A stretch of DNA of 61,241 nucleotides, counting the filler. It is 8 parts of 8 records of this genome, joined end to end, with 100 filler letters (N's around TTAATTAATTAA, not from the genome) between each part and the next. Parts side by side here need not be neighbours in the genome. Positions count along the whole stretch, not along the records: positions 37,779 to 43,902 come from SRR20825010_6922; positions 44,003 to 48,270 come from SRR20825010_6924; positions 48,371 to 52,296 come from SRR20825010_6930; 5 more parts are not named here. One strand, given 5' to 3'. Position 1 is the stretch's first letter. The number at the start of each line of letters is the position of its first letter. Below, in pieces: positions 41,022 through 51,158 of the stretch. The translations under genes were made by a program, and so were the position numbers. The notes under the pieces are model-generated. The model saw nothing but the letters and a program-made list of their open reading frames with translations, was not told the DNA's origin and ran no database searches.

Positions 41022-42356
41022 ATGGGCGAGGGTGCAATGCTCAAGGACGCGAATTGGGGTCATTATCCCGCGGACACGCAAGAATTGCTTCTGCTGCGGG
41101 ACCGTCACGCCGCCTTGCCGGATGTTGAGGCCACATCCATGCTGCCCTATGGGTGCGGACGCAGCTATGGCGATAGCTGTCTCAATACAGGCGGGCTGTT
41201 GCTCGGTGCGCAGGCGCTTGACCGGTTTATCTCGTTTGATGACGAGACAGGTGTTCTCACTTGCGAGGCGGGTGTCACCTTCGCGCAGATCATAGAGCTT
41301 GCTTTGCCACGCGGCTGGTTTTTGCCGGTTACGCCGGGCACTAAATTTGTGACTGTCGGTGGCGCGATCGCCAATGATGTGCACGGCAAGAACCACCACC
41401 ACGCGGGCACGTTTGGCGCGCATGTTCTGTCCTTCGAGCTTGTCACATCTGATGGACGACGACGTTTGTGTTCACCGTCGGAAAACGCTGATCTCTTTGC
41501 CGCGACGATTGGCGGTCTCGGGCTCACTGGCCTCATCACATTCGCCACCGTGCAGCTCAAGCATGCGCCCACAGCCTTTCTGTCAGGCCGTTCCGTCAAG
41601 TTCGGGCATCTTGACGAGTTTTTTTCACTCAGCGCCGATGCATTGGAAGACCATGAATATACCGTCTCGTGGATCGACTGCCTGAGTGCGGGCGATGCGC
41701 TGGGCCGCGGCATTTTCATGGCTGCAAATCTTGCCAGCGCAGATGAAATGGCCGCTCATGGTGTAAAGGCCGGTCGGGCCTTGCCGCTTGCTGTGCCTGT
41801 TATGCCGCCTGTTTCGCTCGTCAATCGTTTGACGCTCAAGCCGTTTAACTGGGCCTACTATCATCGTCAGCAAGCCGAGATCGTCGAGCGTCTCTGGCAT
41901 TATAATTCGTTCCACTATCCGCTTGATGCCATCGCGCATTGGAACCGTATCTATGGGCCGAAAGGTCTGTTGCAATATCAATGTGTGGTGCCGGTCGCCG
42001 TGCAGCAGGATGTGTCCAGAGCGCTTCTGTCGGAGATTAGTCGTTCGGGGCAGGGGTCGTTTCTGGTCGTCTTCAAAACATTCGGCCCCCGCACCTCGCC
42101 AGGGCTTCTGTCTTTTCCGATGGAAGGTGCGACGCTCGCACTCGACTTTCCGATCCGCGATGCGTCCACATTCGCATTGCTCGACCGGCTTGATACGATT
42201 GTCGCTACCGCGGGTGGTCGGGTCTATCCGGCCAAGGATGCGCGCATGTCGCCCGAGACATTCACGCGCGGCTATCCGCAGTTGGATACTTTTTTGAAAT
42301 TTGTTGATCCGCGATTCAGTTCCGGATTTGCCCGCCGCGTCATGGGGATAAAATAA
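41022..42356 (+). CDS. FAD oxidoreductase, DprE1-like
   Basis: 'GCGRSYGD', 'LPVTPGTKFVTVGGAIANDVHGKNHH', 'WNRIYGPKGLLQYQ', 'TLALDF', 'GGRVYPAKD'. Confidence 0.9.
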   Translation: MGEGAMLKDANWGHYPADTQELLLLRDRHAALPDVEATSMLPYGCGRSYGDSCLNTGGLLLGAQALDRFISFDDETGVLTCEAGVTFAQIIELALPRGWFLPVTPGTKFVTVGGAIANDVHGKNHHHAGTFGAHVLSFELVTSDGRRRLCSPSENADLFAATIGGLGLTGLITFATVQLKHAPTAFLSGRSVKFGHLDEFFSLSADALEDHEYTVSWIDCLSAGDALGRGIFMAANLASADEMAAHGVKAGRALPLAVPVMPPVSLVNRLTLKPFNWAYYHRQQAEIVERLWHYNSFHYPLDAIAHWNRIYGPKGLLQYQCVVPVAVQQDVSRALLSEISRSGQGSFLVVFKTFGPRTSPGLLSFPMEGATLALDFPIRDASTFALLDRLDTIVATAGGRVYPAKDARMSPETFTRGYPQLDTFLKFVDPRFSSGFARRVMGIK

Positions 42357-43090
42357 TGCAGCGTATCGTGATTTTTGGTGCAACCTCCGGCATTGCCGAA
42401 GCCACTGCGCGGGCTTTTGCAAAAGCGGGGACAAAGTTTTTTCTGGTGGCGCGCAACCAGACTGCCCTTGATGATATTGCTGCCGACCTCAAGACGCGGG
42501 GCGCGGACAGCGTTGAAACGCATGTGGCTGATCTGGCCGACATCTCTTCGCTACCCGCTTTATGCCAAACCGTGGATAAGTCGCTGGGCGGCATTGATGT
42601 GGCGCTTATCGCGCATGGTGTTCTGCCCGAACAAGAAAAATGCATCGATCTCTCACAGGAAACGCTCGATCTCTTGCAGGTAAATACTGTTTCTCCGAGC
42701 GTTTTGATGATCGAAATCGGCAATATCCTCGTCGCTCAAGGCTCCGGCCATCTCGTGGTTTTATCCTCGGTTGCCGGTGATCGTGGCCGTCCCTCCAATT
42801 ACATTTATGGAGCGTCAAAGGCGCTACTATCCGTGCTCGGCGAAGGCATGGCGCTCGACCTTGCCTCGAAAGGCGTTCATGTTCTTGTTGTAAAGCCGGG
42901 TTTCGTGGATACGAAGATGACCGCCGCCTTCAAAAAAGGCGCGCTCTGGGCTTCTGCCTCTGACGTGGCGAATGCTATTGTTTCCGCCGTTTCTTCGGGT
43001 AAAAATGGTGTCTTGTACACACCCCGCTGGTGGCAGCTTATCATGCTCGTCATCAAGCATGCGCCGGGATTTGTCGTGCGCCGGATGTAG
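42356..43090 (+). CDS. short-chain dehydrogenase, DprE2-like
   Basis: 'GATSGIA', 'SSVAGDRGRPSNYIYGASK', 'VKPGFVDTKMT'; TAATG stop/start overlap with the upstream gene. Confidence 0.9.
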   Translation: MQRIVIFGATSGIAEATARAFAKAGTKFFLVARNQTALDDIAADLKTRGADSVETHVADLADISSLPALCQTVDKSLGGIDVALIAHGVLPEQEKCIDLSQETLDLLQVNTVSPSVLMIEIGNILVAQGSGHLVVLSSVAGDRGRPSNYIYGASKALLSVLGEGMALDLASKGVHVLVVKPGFVDTKMTAAFKKGALWASASDVANAIVSAVSSGKNGVLYTPRWWQLIMLVIKHAPGFVVRRM

Positions 43091-43322
43091 CGATTTCAGT
43101 TAAGTCCTTGTGCGGATGTCGTCGAGTTTTTGTAAGTAAAAATACTAAGAGTAAAAACACTTATGCCTGGCATGGGTGAATGACTATGTCGCATGCGAAG
43201 TTCACACTTCGCGATTGCGGGGTTTTATCTGGCCTATATATTTAAATAGGCAATTTGAATGCTCTTTTGAGAATGCTTCGCTTTATTGCAGCAAAATGAG
43301 CATTCAACTACGCGCCGAATAG

Positions 43323-43902
43323 ATGCGGGGAAATGACATGGTTGGTGGACTTACAAAGACAGAGCGGCAATCAGCGATAGGTATTTCGCTCATTCTCGCG
43401 CTTGTCGGATTGGTGATGGCAGTTGCCGGACGCAACGATCCGATGGGCGGGCAGGGCTTTGTCGTTGTGGTGTTTTGCATTGTTGTTCTGGGTGCCTTGA
43501 TCAACGGTTATTACACACCGGAACCAACGGCTGATCGTCTCTCCGAGTATTACGATGACCCGACCAAGGCGGGTATCATCTTCGCCATGATCTGGGGCAT
43601 CTTTGCCATGTTCATCGGCGACTGGGTGGCGTGGTTGCTGGCCTATCCCAACCTGACATTCGATGCGGCTTGGGCAAGTTTCGGTCGCTTGCGTCCGGTG
43701 CATACAACAGGCGTTGTTTTTGCTTTCGGCGGCAACGCTTTGATCGCGACATCGTTCCATGTTGTCCAGCGTACATCGCGCGCCCGATTGCCGGATCAGC
43801 TCAGTCCTTGGTTTGTCCTGATCGGGTTCAATCTGTTCTGCGTTGTCGCCATGGCTGGATATTTCACAGGTATCACGCAGTCGAAGGAATATGCCGAACC
43901 GG
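43323..43902 (+). CDS. ccoN: cbb3-type cytochrome c oxidase subunit I (3' truncated)
   Basis: 'FGRLRPVHT..V.FAFGGNAL', 'VVQRT', 'GITQSKEYAEP'. Confidence 0.95.
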
Positions 43903-44002
43903 NNNNNNNNNNNNNNNNNNNNNNNNNNNNNNNNNNNNNNNNNNNNTTAATTAATTAANNNNNNNNNNNNNNNNNNNNNNNNNNNNNNNNNNNNNNNNNN
44001 NN
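43903..44002. other. artificial contig spacer
   Basis: N44-TTAATTAATTAA-N44. Confidence 0.98.
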
Positions 44003-45344
44003 GTACTGCAGTGATGCCAGAGATGCGTTCCAATGCCCGGAAGACGGCATCCACAGGGCCGTCACCGGTAGCGGCGTCACAGTGGATTTTGCCTGTTTCG
44101 TCTGCCAGTTCAATGGTTGCGGTTGCGATCGTGCCAGTCCCGGCGGAGGTATGGAAGCGGACGATTTTCCATTTTTCCGGTGTATCGGAAGCCTGATTTT
44201 CGATCAAGGCGACAATGTCGGAATCGTAGATTTCCTTTTTCTTATCAGCTAATGCGATAAATTCATTGAAAATCCGTTCAAACGTTTCTTCGTCCAAAGT
44301 GTGTCCCAGAGACTGTATGCGATCGCGAAATGCATGGCGGCCACTATGCTTTCCGAGGACCAGATTCGTGCCTACATAACCAACATCTTCTGGGGACATG
44401 ATTTCATACGTCGTGCGTTCCTGCAACATGCCGTGCTGATGAATGCCGGCTTCGTGTGCAAAAGCGTTTCTCCCGACGATGGCTTTGTTGCGTTGTACCG
44501 ACATGCCGGTCACAGTCGAGACAAGATGGCTGATCGGATACAGGCGTTTTGTATTAATATTTGTATGCACGCCGTAATAGTCCGCGCGGGTTTTTAATGC
44601 CATCACGACTTCTTCCAAAGCGCAGTTTCCAGCCCGTTCCCCTAAGCCGTTGATAGTACATTCCACCTGACGGGCTCCCGCTTCCACTGCGGCGAGGCTG
44701 TTTGCGACAGCGAGTCCCAGATCGTTATGACAGTGAGTGCTGATAATAGCCTGGTCAATGTTCGAGACATTTTTTTTCAGTGTGGTGATGACATCATGAA
44801 AATGGGCGGGAGTCGCATAGCCGACTGTGTCGGGAATATTGACCGTGGTGGCTCCGGCTTCGATGGCTCGTTCTACGACTTCACAGAGAAAGTCTTTCTC
44901 AGTACGGGCGGCATCTTCTGGCGAAAATTCGATGTCAGGGCAGTAGTCCCGGGCGCGTTTAACCATTTCGACTGCCGTCTCCACGATCTGTTCCTTATTC
45001 ATTTTGAGTTTATGTTCACGGTGGATGGAACTCGTGGCGAGGAAGACGTGAATTCGTGTCTGTTTTGCTTCTTTTAATGCTTCCCATGCCCGGTCAATGT
45101 CATCTTTTCGGCAGCGTGCCAGAGCACAGATGGTCGTCTGATCGCCAAATTCATTGGCAATTTTGCGAACGGATTCAAAATCGCCGGGAGAGGCAATCGG
45201 GAAGCCTGCCTCAATGATATCGACCCCCAGTTTGACAAGCTCCCGGGCGACTTTCATCTTCTCCGAGGTGGTCATGCTGCAGCCAGGCGACTGTTCACCG
45301 TCTCTCAAGGTGGTATCGAATATCTTTACTGTGTCATTGGACAT
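44003..45344 (-). CDS. leuA: 2-isopropylmalate synthase (3' truncated)
   Basis: 'IFDTTLRDGEQSPG', 'HCHNDLGLA', 'GERAGN', 'AHEAGIHQ', 'GKHSGR', 'GDGPVDA'. Confidence 0.97.
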
Positions 45345-45416
45345 TGGTTTTCTCCGTGAGTCAATTTCCGCTCCCGATCAGGGGGCTAATGAGAGACCAG
45401 AATAGTACCAGCAGGC

Positions 45417-45455
45417 AAAATAAAAAACCCTGAGGCCGATCTGGTCTCAGGGTTT
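45417..45455 (-). terminator. attenuator terminator hairpin upstream of leuA
   Basis: Minus strand AAACCCTGAGACC-AGATC-GGCCTCAGGGTTT then TTTATTTT, ending about 72 nt before the leuA ATG. Confidence 0.85.
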
Positions 45456-45487
45456 CGCTGTTTTTGATTAACAATCGTACAAAGAAC

Positions 45488-45553
45488 CTAAGACCTGGCT
45501 TGTAGAAGCAGGTTTCGTAGCAGGCTCAGGTTTAGTAGATTGTGAATTTGCAT
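45488..45553 (-). CDS. leucine attenuation leader peptide (21 aa)
   Basis: MQIHNLLNLSLLRNLLLQARS-stop: 8 Leu codons (4 CTA, 3 CTG, 1 CTT), just upstream of the terminator and leuA. Confidence 0.82.
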   Translation of the reverse strand: MQIHNLLNLSLLRNLLLQARS

Positions 45554-45730
45554 TAATTTTGATTTTTCATCAGGATGGAACTGGGCGGTCTGGACCGCCT
45601 TATTGCTCTGACAATTTACCTGCTCAATCAGCCATGGTCAACCCGTTGTCGATTGAATTTGTCATAATCAGAGACAGGTTCGTCTGTCAGAGGTTCAGCA
45701 AAATACTCAGCCGGAACAGTTTTTCTCTGA

Positions 45731-47452
45731 TTATTTGGCAGCCAGTCCTGCTTTTTCCTGTAATGCTTCTTTGCCCATTCGATTACAGAAATCTCCAAAA
45801 GACTCCCCAGACTGTCGTTCTGATTTATAGAACTCCAGTAGAGGTGAAAGCCGACTGGTAATCTCATTCATAGGAACCAGGTCATCGTAGATAAACGACA
45901 GGCGATTTCCCAGTGAGTTACCCCCCAGGTAGAGCGTGTATTTTCCGACTGCTTTGCCAACCAGCCCGATATCGGGAACATAAGGGCGGGCACAGCCGTT
46001 CGGACAGCCAGTCATGTTGACGGAGATTTTTTCATCCTGGAGACCCTGGCGTGTCAGTTCTTCTTCGAATTCGGTGATCAGGTCTGGCAATACTCTTTCA
46101 GACTCAGTGATCGACAGTCCACACATGGGAAGTGCAGGGCAGGCCATGGAGTAACGGCGGATGATGCTGAGCTCATCCGCTTTTTTCATGCCATGGTCAG
46201 TCAGAATCTGGTCGAGTTCATCACGCAACGCAGGATCGATGTCACAGAAGATAATACTCTGTTTTGCTGTGATACGTGTCTCAAATTTGTAGGTTTCCAG
46301 AATCTTCCGCAGGCCGGTTTTGATGCGGAGTGCCCCTTCATCTTTGATACGACCATTCTCGATATTGACACCCAGGAACAGTTTTCCGTCTCCCTGTTCG
46401 TGCCAGCCCATGTGATCTTCGATCCCTGTCACTTCAATATCACGAGGTGCTGTGATCGATGAGCCATAGTGTTCCGCGACTTTTTCACGGAAGGCTTCAA
46501 TACCGAGGTTGTCGACCAGGTACTTCATGCGCGCCTGTTTTCGGTCTTCGCGATTACCGTGGTCACGCTGTACTTTGACGACCGCTTCAGCAACCGCCAG
46601 CACCTGATCATTTTCGACGAAGCCCAGAGGCTTAGCCAATGCTGGGTAGGTTTTTTTATTACTGGGGGTCATTCCCATGCCACCACCGACATAGAAGTTG
46701 TAGCCCACGATAGCATCATTTTCGACAATGCCGAGCAGACCGATATCCTGTGTGTAGATATCAACACAGTTGTCTTCGGGCAGGGCAATACCGATTTTAA
46801 ACTTACGGGGGAGATACGTTTTACCGTAGATGGGTTCCTCAATGGGTTGGAATTCGGCTTCATTGGTTTTATTGCCTGCTTCGTCTGTAATCCAGAGATC
46901 GAAGTAAGCGGTAGTTTTAGGGCGGAGATGCTCCGCGAGAGCATACGCCATATCCTGAATGGAGTCGAAGATGGCATTATTCTTATAGGGGGCAGGGCAG
47001 GCCATCACATTTCGATTGACGTCACCACAGGCAGCCAGTGTGGTCAACTTGGTATCGTTGATGCCTTTAATCGCTGCTTTCAGATTCCCTTTGATGACGC
47101 CATGCAGCTGAAAGCCCTGACGTGTGGTCAGCCTGACCGTTCCGTCCCCATATTTGTCACACAGGTCCAGCTCAGCGAGGAATTGATCTGCTGTCACTTT
47201 TCCGCCAGGCACACGCGTACGAATCATACAGCTGTATGATTTTCCTTTAGGAGTACCATCCGGGTTCTTGGCTTTTCTGAGATCACGGTTGTCCTGTTGA
47301 TAGGTACCATGATGCTTCAGCAGTTGAGTGGAATCGCCGGAGAATTCATCGCTGTCGTTCTGTAATTCTTCAGCGATGGTACCACGCAGTTGATGACTGC
47401 CTTCTTTGAGGAACTCCAGTTTGGAAAGCTTGGGGCCTTCTTGGGATGTCAT
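45731..47452 (-). CDS. cysI: assimilatory sulfite reductase hemoprotein (siroheme/4Fe-4S)
   Basis: 'HGTYQQDNRD', 'RLTTRQGFQLHG', 'ACGDVNRN', 'LPRKFK', 'ACPALPMC', 'MTGCPNGCARP'. Confidence 0.9.
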   Translation of the reverse strand: MTSQEGPKLSKLEFLKEGSHQLRGTIAEELQNDSDEFSGDSTQLLKHHGTYQQDNRDLRKAKNPDGTPKGKSYSCMIRTRVPGGKVTADQFLAELDLCDKYGDGTVRLTTRQGFQLHGVIKGNLKAAIKGINDTKLTTLAACGDVNRNVMACPAPYKNNAIFDSIQDMAYALAEHLRPKTTAYFDLWITDEAGNKTNEAEFQPIEEPIYGKTYLPRKFKIGIALPEDNCVDIYTQDIGLLGIVENDAIVGYNFYVGGGMGMTPSNKKTYPALAKPLGFVENDQVLAVAEAVVKVQRDHGNREDRKQARMKYLVDNLGIEAFREKVAEHYGSSITAPRDIEVTGIEDHMGWHEQGDGKLFLGVNIENGRIKDEGALRIKTGLRKILETYKFETRITAKQSIIFCDIDPALRDELDQILTDHGMKKADELSIIRRYSMACPALPMCGLSITESERVLPDLITEFEEELTRQGLQDEKISVNMTGCPNGCARPYVPDIGLVGKAVGKYTLYLGGNSLGNRLSFIYDDLVPMNEITSRLSPLLEFYKSERQSGESFGDFCNRMGKEALQEKAGLAAK

Positions 47453-47777
47453 ATGATCAATCCTGGTTGATATAGTCGAATCGACATTCAGAGCCGCACT
47501 TCACCGGAAGCTTTTCTGAATGACTGGGTAGGTTTTATTGGAATCCAATTGGAATAATCGAGAACTAACAGGTACGATCCAGGAAATCGAAACAGTCCAT
47601 CACGTGGATTGAGCCAGGTATTCCTGGAAAAAAAGATACAGGATGTGTGTTCTTTTGTTCAATTCCTGCAGGGTAAGTCGTAACTGATATGAAGTATAAA
47701 CGACTTCCATAATCTTGAATAGTGACTTTTCCGTGACCTTCGCAGTAGAGAATTTGCTGACCAGATATTTACCATAA

Positions 47778-48269
47778 ATGAGAAACTTCAAGAAACAATC
47801 AATTCTTTTATTTGCCACGGGACTGGGTATTGGCTGGATTCCTCGCGCTCCTGGAACTTTTGGCAGTCTGCTGGGGCCACCACTGGTTGCCGGGTTGCTC
47901 TGGTTTCATCCTGCCTGGCCCGTTTATTTACTGATTTCAGTGATCATCTTTCTGCTGGGGGTCTATTTCTGTGATCAGGGGGCTAAAATTCTGGGGCTTG
48001 ATGACCCCGGGTGTATTGTCTTTGATGAAATAGGTGCTTTCACGGTAGTGTTGTTACCCGCTTTCCATCTGGAGCTCAATTTGCGGTTCTTCTGGATCTC
48101 TTTGATCGGGTTTCTCTGGTTCCGTCTGTTTGACATCTGGAAACCCTGGCCGGTTCGATATTTTGATCGGATCCATGGAGGCTGGGGAATCATGTCCGAT
48201 GATTATGTTGCCGCGATCTATGCAGCGTTTTGTCTTTACGTGACATTAATTCTTTTGGGGTGGTTTTAG
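47778..48269 (+). CDS. pgpA: phosphatidylglycerophosphatase A
   Basis: 'APGTFGS', 'DPGCIVFDEIG', 'FRLFDIWKPWP', 'GGWGIMSDD'. Confidence 0.93.
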   Translation: MRNFKKQSILLFATGLGIGWIPRAPGTFGSLLGPPLVAGLLWFHPAWPVYLLISVIIFLLGVYFCDQGAKILGLDDPGCIVFDEIGAFTVVLLPAFHLELNLRFFWISLIGFLWFRLFDIWKPWPVRYFDRIHGGWGIMSDDYVAAIYAAFCLYVTLILLGWF

Positions 48270-48270
48270 A

Positions 48271-48370
48271 NNNNNNNNNNNNNNNNNNNNNNNNNNNNNN
48301 NNNNNNNNNNNNNNTTAATTAATTAANNNNNNNNNNNNNNNNNNNNNNNNNNNNNNNNNNNNNNNNNNNN
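48271..48370. other. artificial contig spacer
   Basis: N44-TTAATTAATTAA-N44. Confidence 0.98.
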
Positions 48371-49697
48371 CGTCGGGCCGGATCGCCTCGATCAGCTTGA
48401 TCGGCGTATCCTCCGCGAAGGGCACAACAAGGCCCACATCGGTGAGGCCGGCGAGCACGATGGCGCGGGAATTTTCGTTGGTGACCGGCCGTCCCTCGCC
48501 TTTCAGCCGCCGGATGCTGTCATCGGTGTTAAGCCCGACGATCAGCCGGTCGCATTCGCTGCGCGCCTGCCGCATGAGCGAGATATGCCCCGGATGCACC
48601 AGATCGAAGCAGCCGTTGGTAAAACCAACCTTCAGCCCACGGGAGCGCCAGTTCGAGACCCGTTCCAGTGCCTCATCGAGATTGACGATTTTCGCGTCCA
48701 TATCGCCGATTTCCTGGCTGTGCAGTGCCTGGCGGATTTCCGCCTTGGTGACTGCCGCTGTGCCCGATTTCGAAACCGCGATGCCTCCTGCGAGATTGGC
48801 GATCCGCGCGGCATCGGCAAGCGAGGCGCCTGCGGCAAAGGCGATGGCGAGCGCCGCGATGACACTATCGCCTGCGCCGGAGACATCGAAGACCTCCTGC
48901 GCCTCGGCGGCGATATGATGTGCCTCATCCTTGGTGATCAGGCTCATGCCCGCCTCGGACCGGGTGACGAGAATGGCGGAAATCCCGGCTTTTGCGAGGA
49001 TCGATCGCGCTGCCTGCTCCACTTCGTAATTGGTGCCGCAAGGCATCCCACTCGCTGCGATCATCTCTTTGCGGTTCGGGGTCAGCAGGGTGACGCCCGC
49101 ATAGCGGCTGAAGTCCGTTGACTTCGGATCGGCAATGATGGGGATGTCCTTTTCCTTCGCATGGGCAATCACCTGCCGCAGCACGGTATCGGAGAGAACC
49201 CCCTTCGCATAGTCGGAAAGAACAATGATATCCGCGTTTTTCACTGCGCCTTGAAAGGTTTTAAGGACATTTCCGGCAGTTTGCGGCTGTAACTGGTGGG
49301 TCGCCTCATGATCGCTGCGCAAGAGCTGCTGTCCATCGGCGATAAAGCGGGTTTTTACCGTGGTCGGTCGGCCGACCGATTTCACCAGATGGGGCGTCGT
49401 GGCGCCCTGGGTGCTGAAAATCTGTTCAATCTCGCGTCCTTCCGGGTCTTCCCCGACGACGGAGATCAGCTGCGCCTTCCCGCCGAGGGAGGCGATATTG
49501 CGGACCACATTCCCCGCCCCGCCCAGCATCTGCGACTGATGGGTGATGCTCAAAATTGGGATGGGGGCCTCGGGAGAGATGCGCGTGGTGCTGCCATAGA
49601 CGAACCGGTCCAGCATCACATCGCCGATCACCAGTGCCTCGATTGAGGCGGCCTTGCCGAGAATATCAAGAAGGGTGGAACTGTTTTCCATGGGCAT
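48371..49697 (-). CDS. hldE: bifunctional heptose-7-phosphate kinase/heptose-1-phosphate adenylyltransferase (3' truncated)
   Basis: 'GDVMLDRF..G...RISPEAP', 'SDYAKG', 'DVSGAGD', 'FTNGCFDLVHPGH'. Confidence 0.95.
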
Positions 49698-50275
49698 CAG
49701 ACCAATTTCAGTGATTGTTCTAGGGCGCCGCAGAGCATATGGCCGAAGGTGATATGCATTTCCTGTATCCGCCGGGTGGATTGCGCGGGCACGATCAGGG
49801 AGACGTCGGCAAGTTCGGGCATGCGGCCGCCATCCCGTCCGGTAAAGGCGGTGGTGACTATTCCCTTTTTGCGGGCCATTTCAAGGGCTTTCACCACATT
49901 CGGGCTGGTACCTGACGTCGTGAGGCCGACGGCAACATCGCCGGGCTGCCCCAGTGCGTCGATCTGGCGGGCGAACACCTCCTCGAACCCAAGGTCATTG
50001 GCCCCGGCGGTCAGGGCGGACGTATCGGTGTTGAGCGCGATGGCGGCGATGGGTTTGCGATCCTCGACGAAGCGGATGACAAGCTCTGCCGCCAGATGCT
50101 GCGCGTCCGCCGCACTGCCGCCGTTGCCAAAAAAGAAGATCTTGTTGCCATTCTGAATGGCGGTCACCCAGAGCGCGAGCATTTCCAGAAACGGTTCGGC
50201 AAGCGCCGCGTGGCTTTTCGCCAGCACCTCGCCATGGTCTTCCAGCTCGCGGTTAAAATAATCTAGCGGATCCAA
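49697..50275 (-). CDS. gmhA: phosphoheptose isomerase
   Basis: 'GNGGSAADAQHLAAE', 'ANDLGFEEVFARQ', 'TTSG.S.N', 'RIQEMH'. Confidence 0.96.
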   Translation of the reverse strand: MDPLDYFNRELEDHGEVLAKSHAALAEPFLEMLALWVTAIQNGNKIFFFGNGGSAADAQHLAAELVIRFVEDRKPIAAIALNTDTSALTAGANDLGFEEVFARQIDALGQPGDVAVGLTTSGTSPNVVKALEMARKKGIVTTAFTGRDGGRMPELADVSLIVPAQSTRRIQEMHITFGHMLCGALEQSLKLV

Positions 50276-50356
50276 ATTGCCTCGCCTTTAATAGAATGAA
50301 GTGTACTGGTCATAATATAATCTCGCCGCCCCTGCAAATGCGGAGTTGCCACGCCA

Positions 50357-51154
50357 TCAAACGGACGGCTCCTTCGGGAGGTCTTTTGAGGTGCGGGCGG
50401 CGCGGGGATCAAGGCTGTCGAAGGCTTCAAATGGTGCTATCAGGCGGGTTTGGGCCATCTCGATATAGTCGGGATTGATCTCGATGCCGGTGGCCGTGCG
50501 GCCGAGGACCGAGGCGACCCGCACCGTGGTACCGCTGCCGAGGAAGGGGTCCAGTACCATATCCCCGGGGTTGGAGGAGGCCTTGATGATCCGCTCCAGC
50601 AGGGCCTCAGGCTTTTGCGTGGGGTGGGGCAACCGCTCCGCCGCGCAGTAATGCACATGGCTGAACTGCCAGACATCGCCGGGGTTCGCGCCCGCCATAT
50701 TGTTGCGCTTGCGGTAATATTTCTGCGGCACCCGCACGTCATCGAGGTTAAAGCGCGCGTCTTCTCCTTTCGAGAACCAGAGAATATCCTCATGGCGCGG
50801 GGAAAAGCCCTTTTTCCGCCCCATGCCTTGCGTATAATGCCAGGTAATCCAGCCTTGCGCCGTGAGATTGAATTCCTCTTCCAGCATCAGATAAAGCCGG
50901 GCGATGAACTTGACGCCCATAAAGCAATAGAGCGATCCCCCGGGTTTCAGGAGGCGTACGGCCTCCCGCACCCAGCTTTCCGTGAATTTCTGATATTCGG
51001 CGCGGTCTTTCAGGTCGATATTGTTGCCGTAGTTCTTGCCCAAATTATAGGGCGGGTCGGCAATGATGAGATCGACGGTTCCGGTCTTGAGCTTTGTCAT
51101 TTCGGCGGTGGCATCGCCACAGATCAGGGTATTTTTGGGGACAATCTGATCCAT
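50357..51154 (-). CDS. orphan beta-class N6A/N4C DNA methyltransferase (YhdJ-like)
   Basis: Catalytic 'DPPY' precedes 'HPTQKPEALLERIIKASSNPGDMVLDPFLGSGTT' (motif I); no restriction endonuclease adjacent. Confidence 0.9.
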   Translation of the reverse strand: MDQIVPKNTLICGDATAEMTKLKTGTVDLIIADPPYNLGKNYGNNIDLKDRAEYQKFTESWVREAVRLLKPGGSLYCFMGVKFIARLYLMLEEEFNLTAQGWITWHYTQGMGRKKGFSPRHEDILWFSKGEDARFNLDDVRVPQKYYRKRNNMAGANPGDVWQFSHVHYCAAERLPHPTQKPEALLERIIKASSNPGDMVLDPFLGSGTTVRVASVLGRTATGIEINPDYIEMAQTRLIAPFEAFDSLDPRAARTSKDLPKEPSV

Positions 51155-51158
51155 CCGG

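Noticed and set aside
47453-47777. Riboswitch or Cys leader peptide upstream of the sulfite reductase
   Set aside because: Only an 8-bp inverted repeat (CATTCAGA...TCTGAATG); no SAM-riboswitch core or Cys-rich uORF recognised
39556-50275. Arabinofuranose cassette and gmhA/hldE as one LPS locus
   Set aside because: They lie on different contigs
50357-51154. Calling the methyltransferase ccrM
   Set aside because: Too short and lacks the CcrM C-terminal domain; the target sequence cannot be inferred
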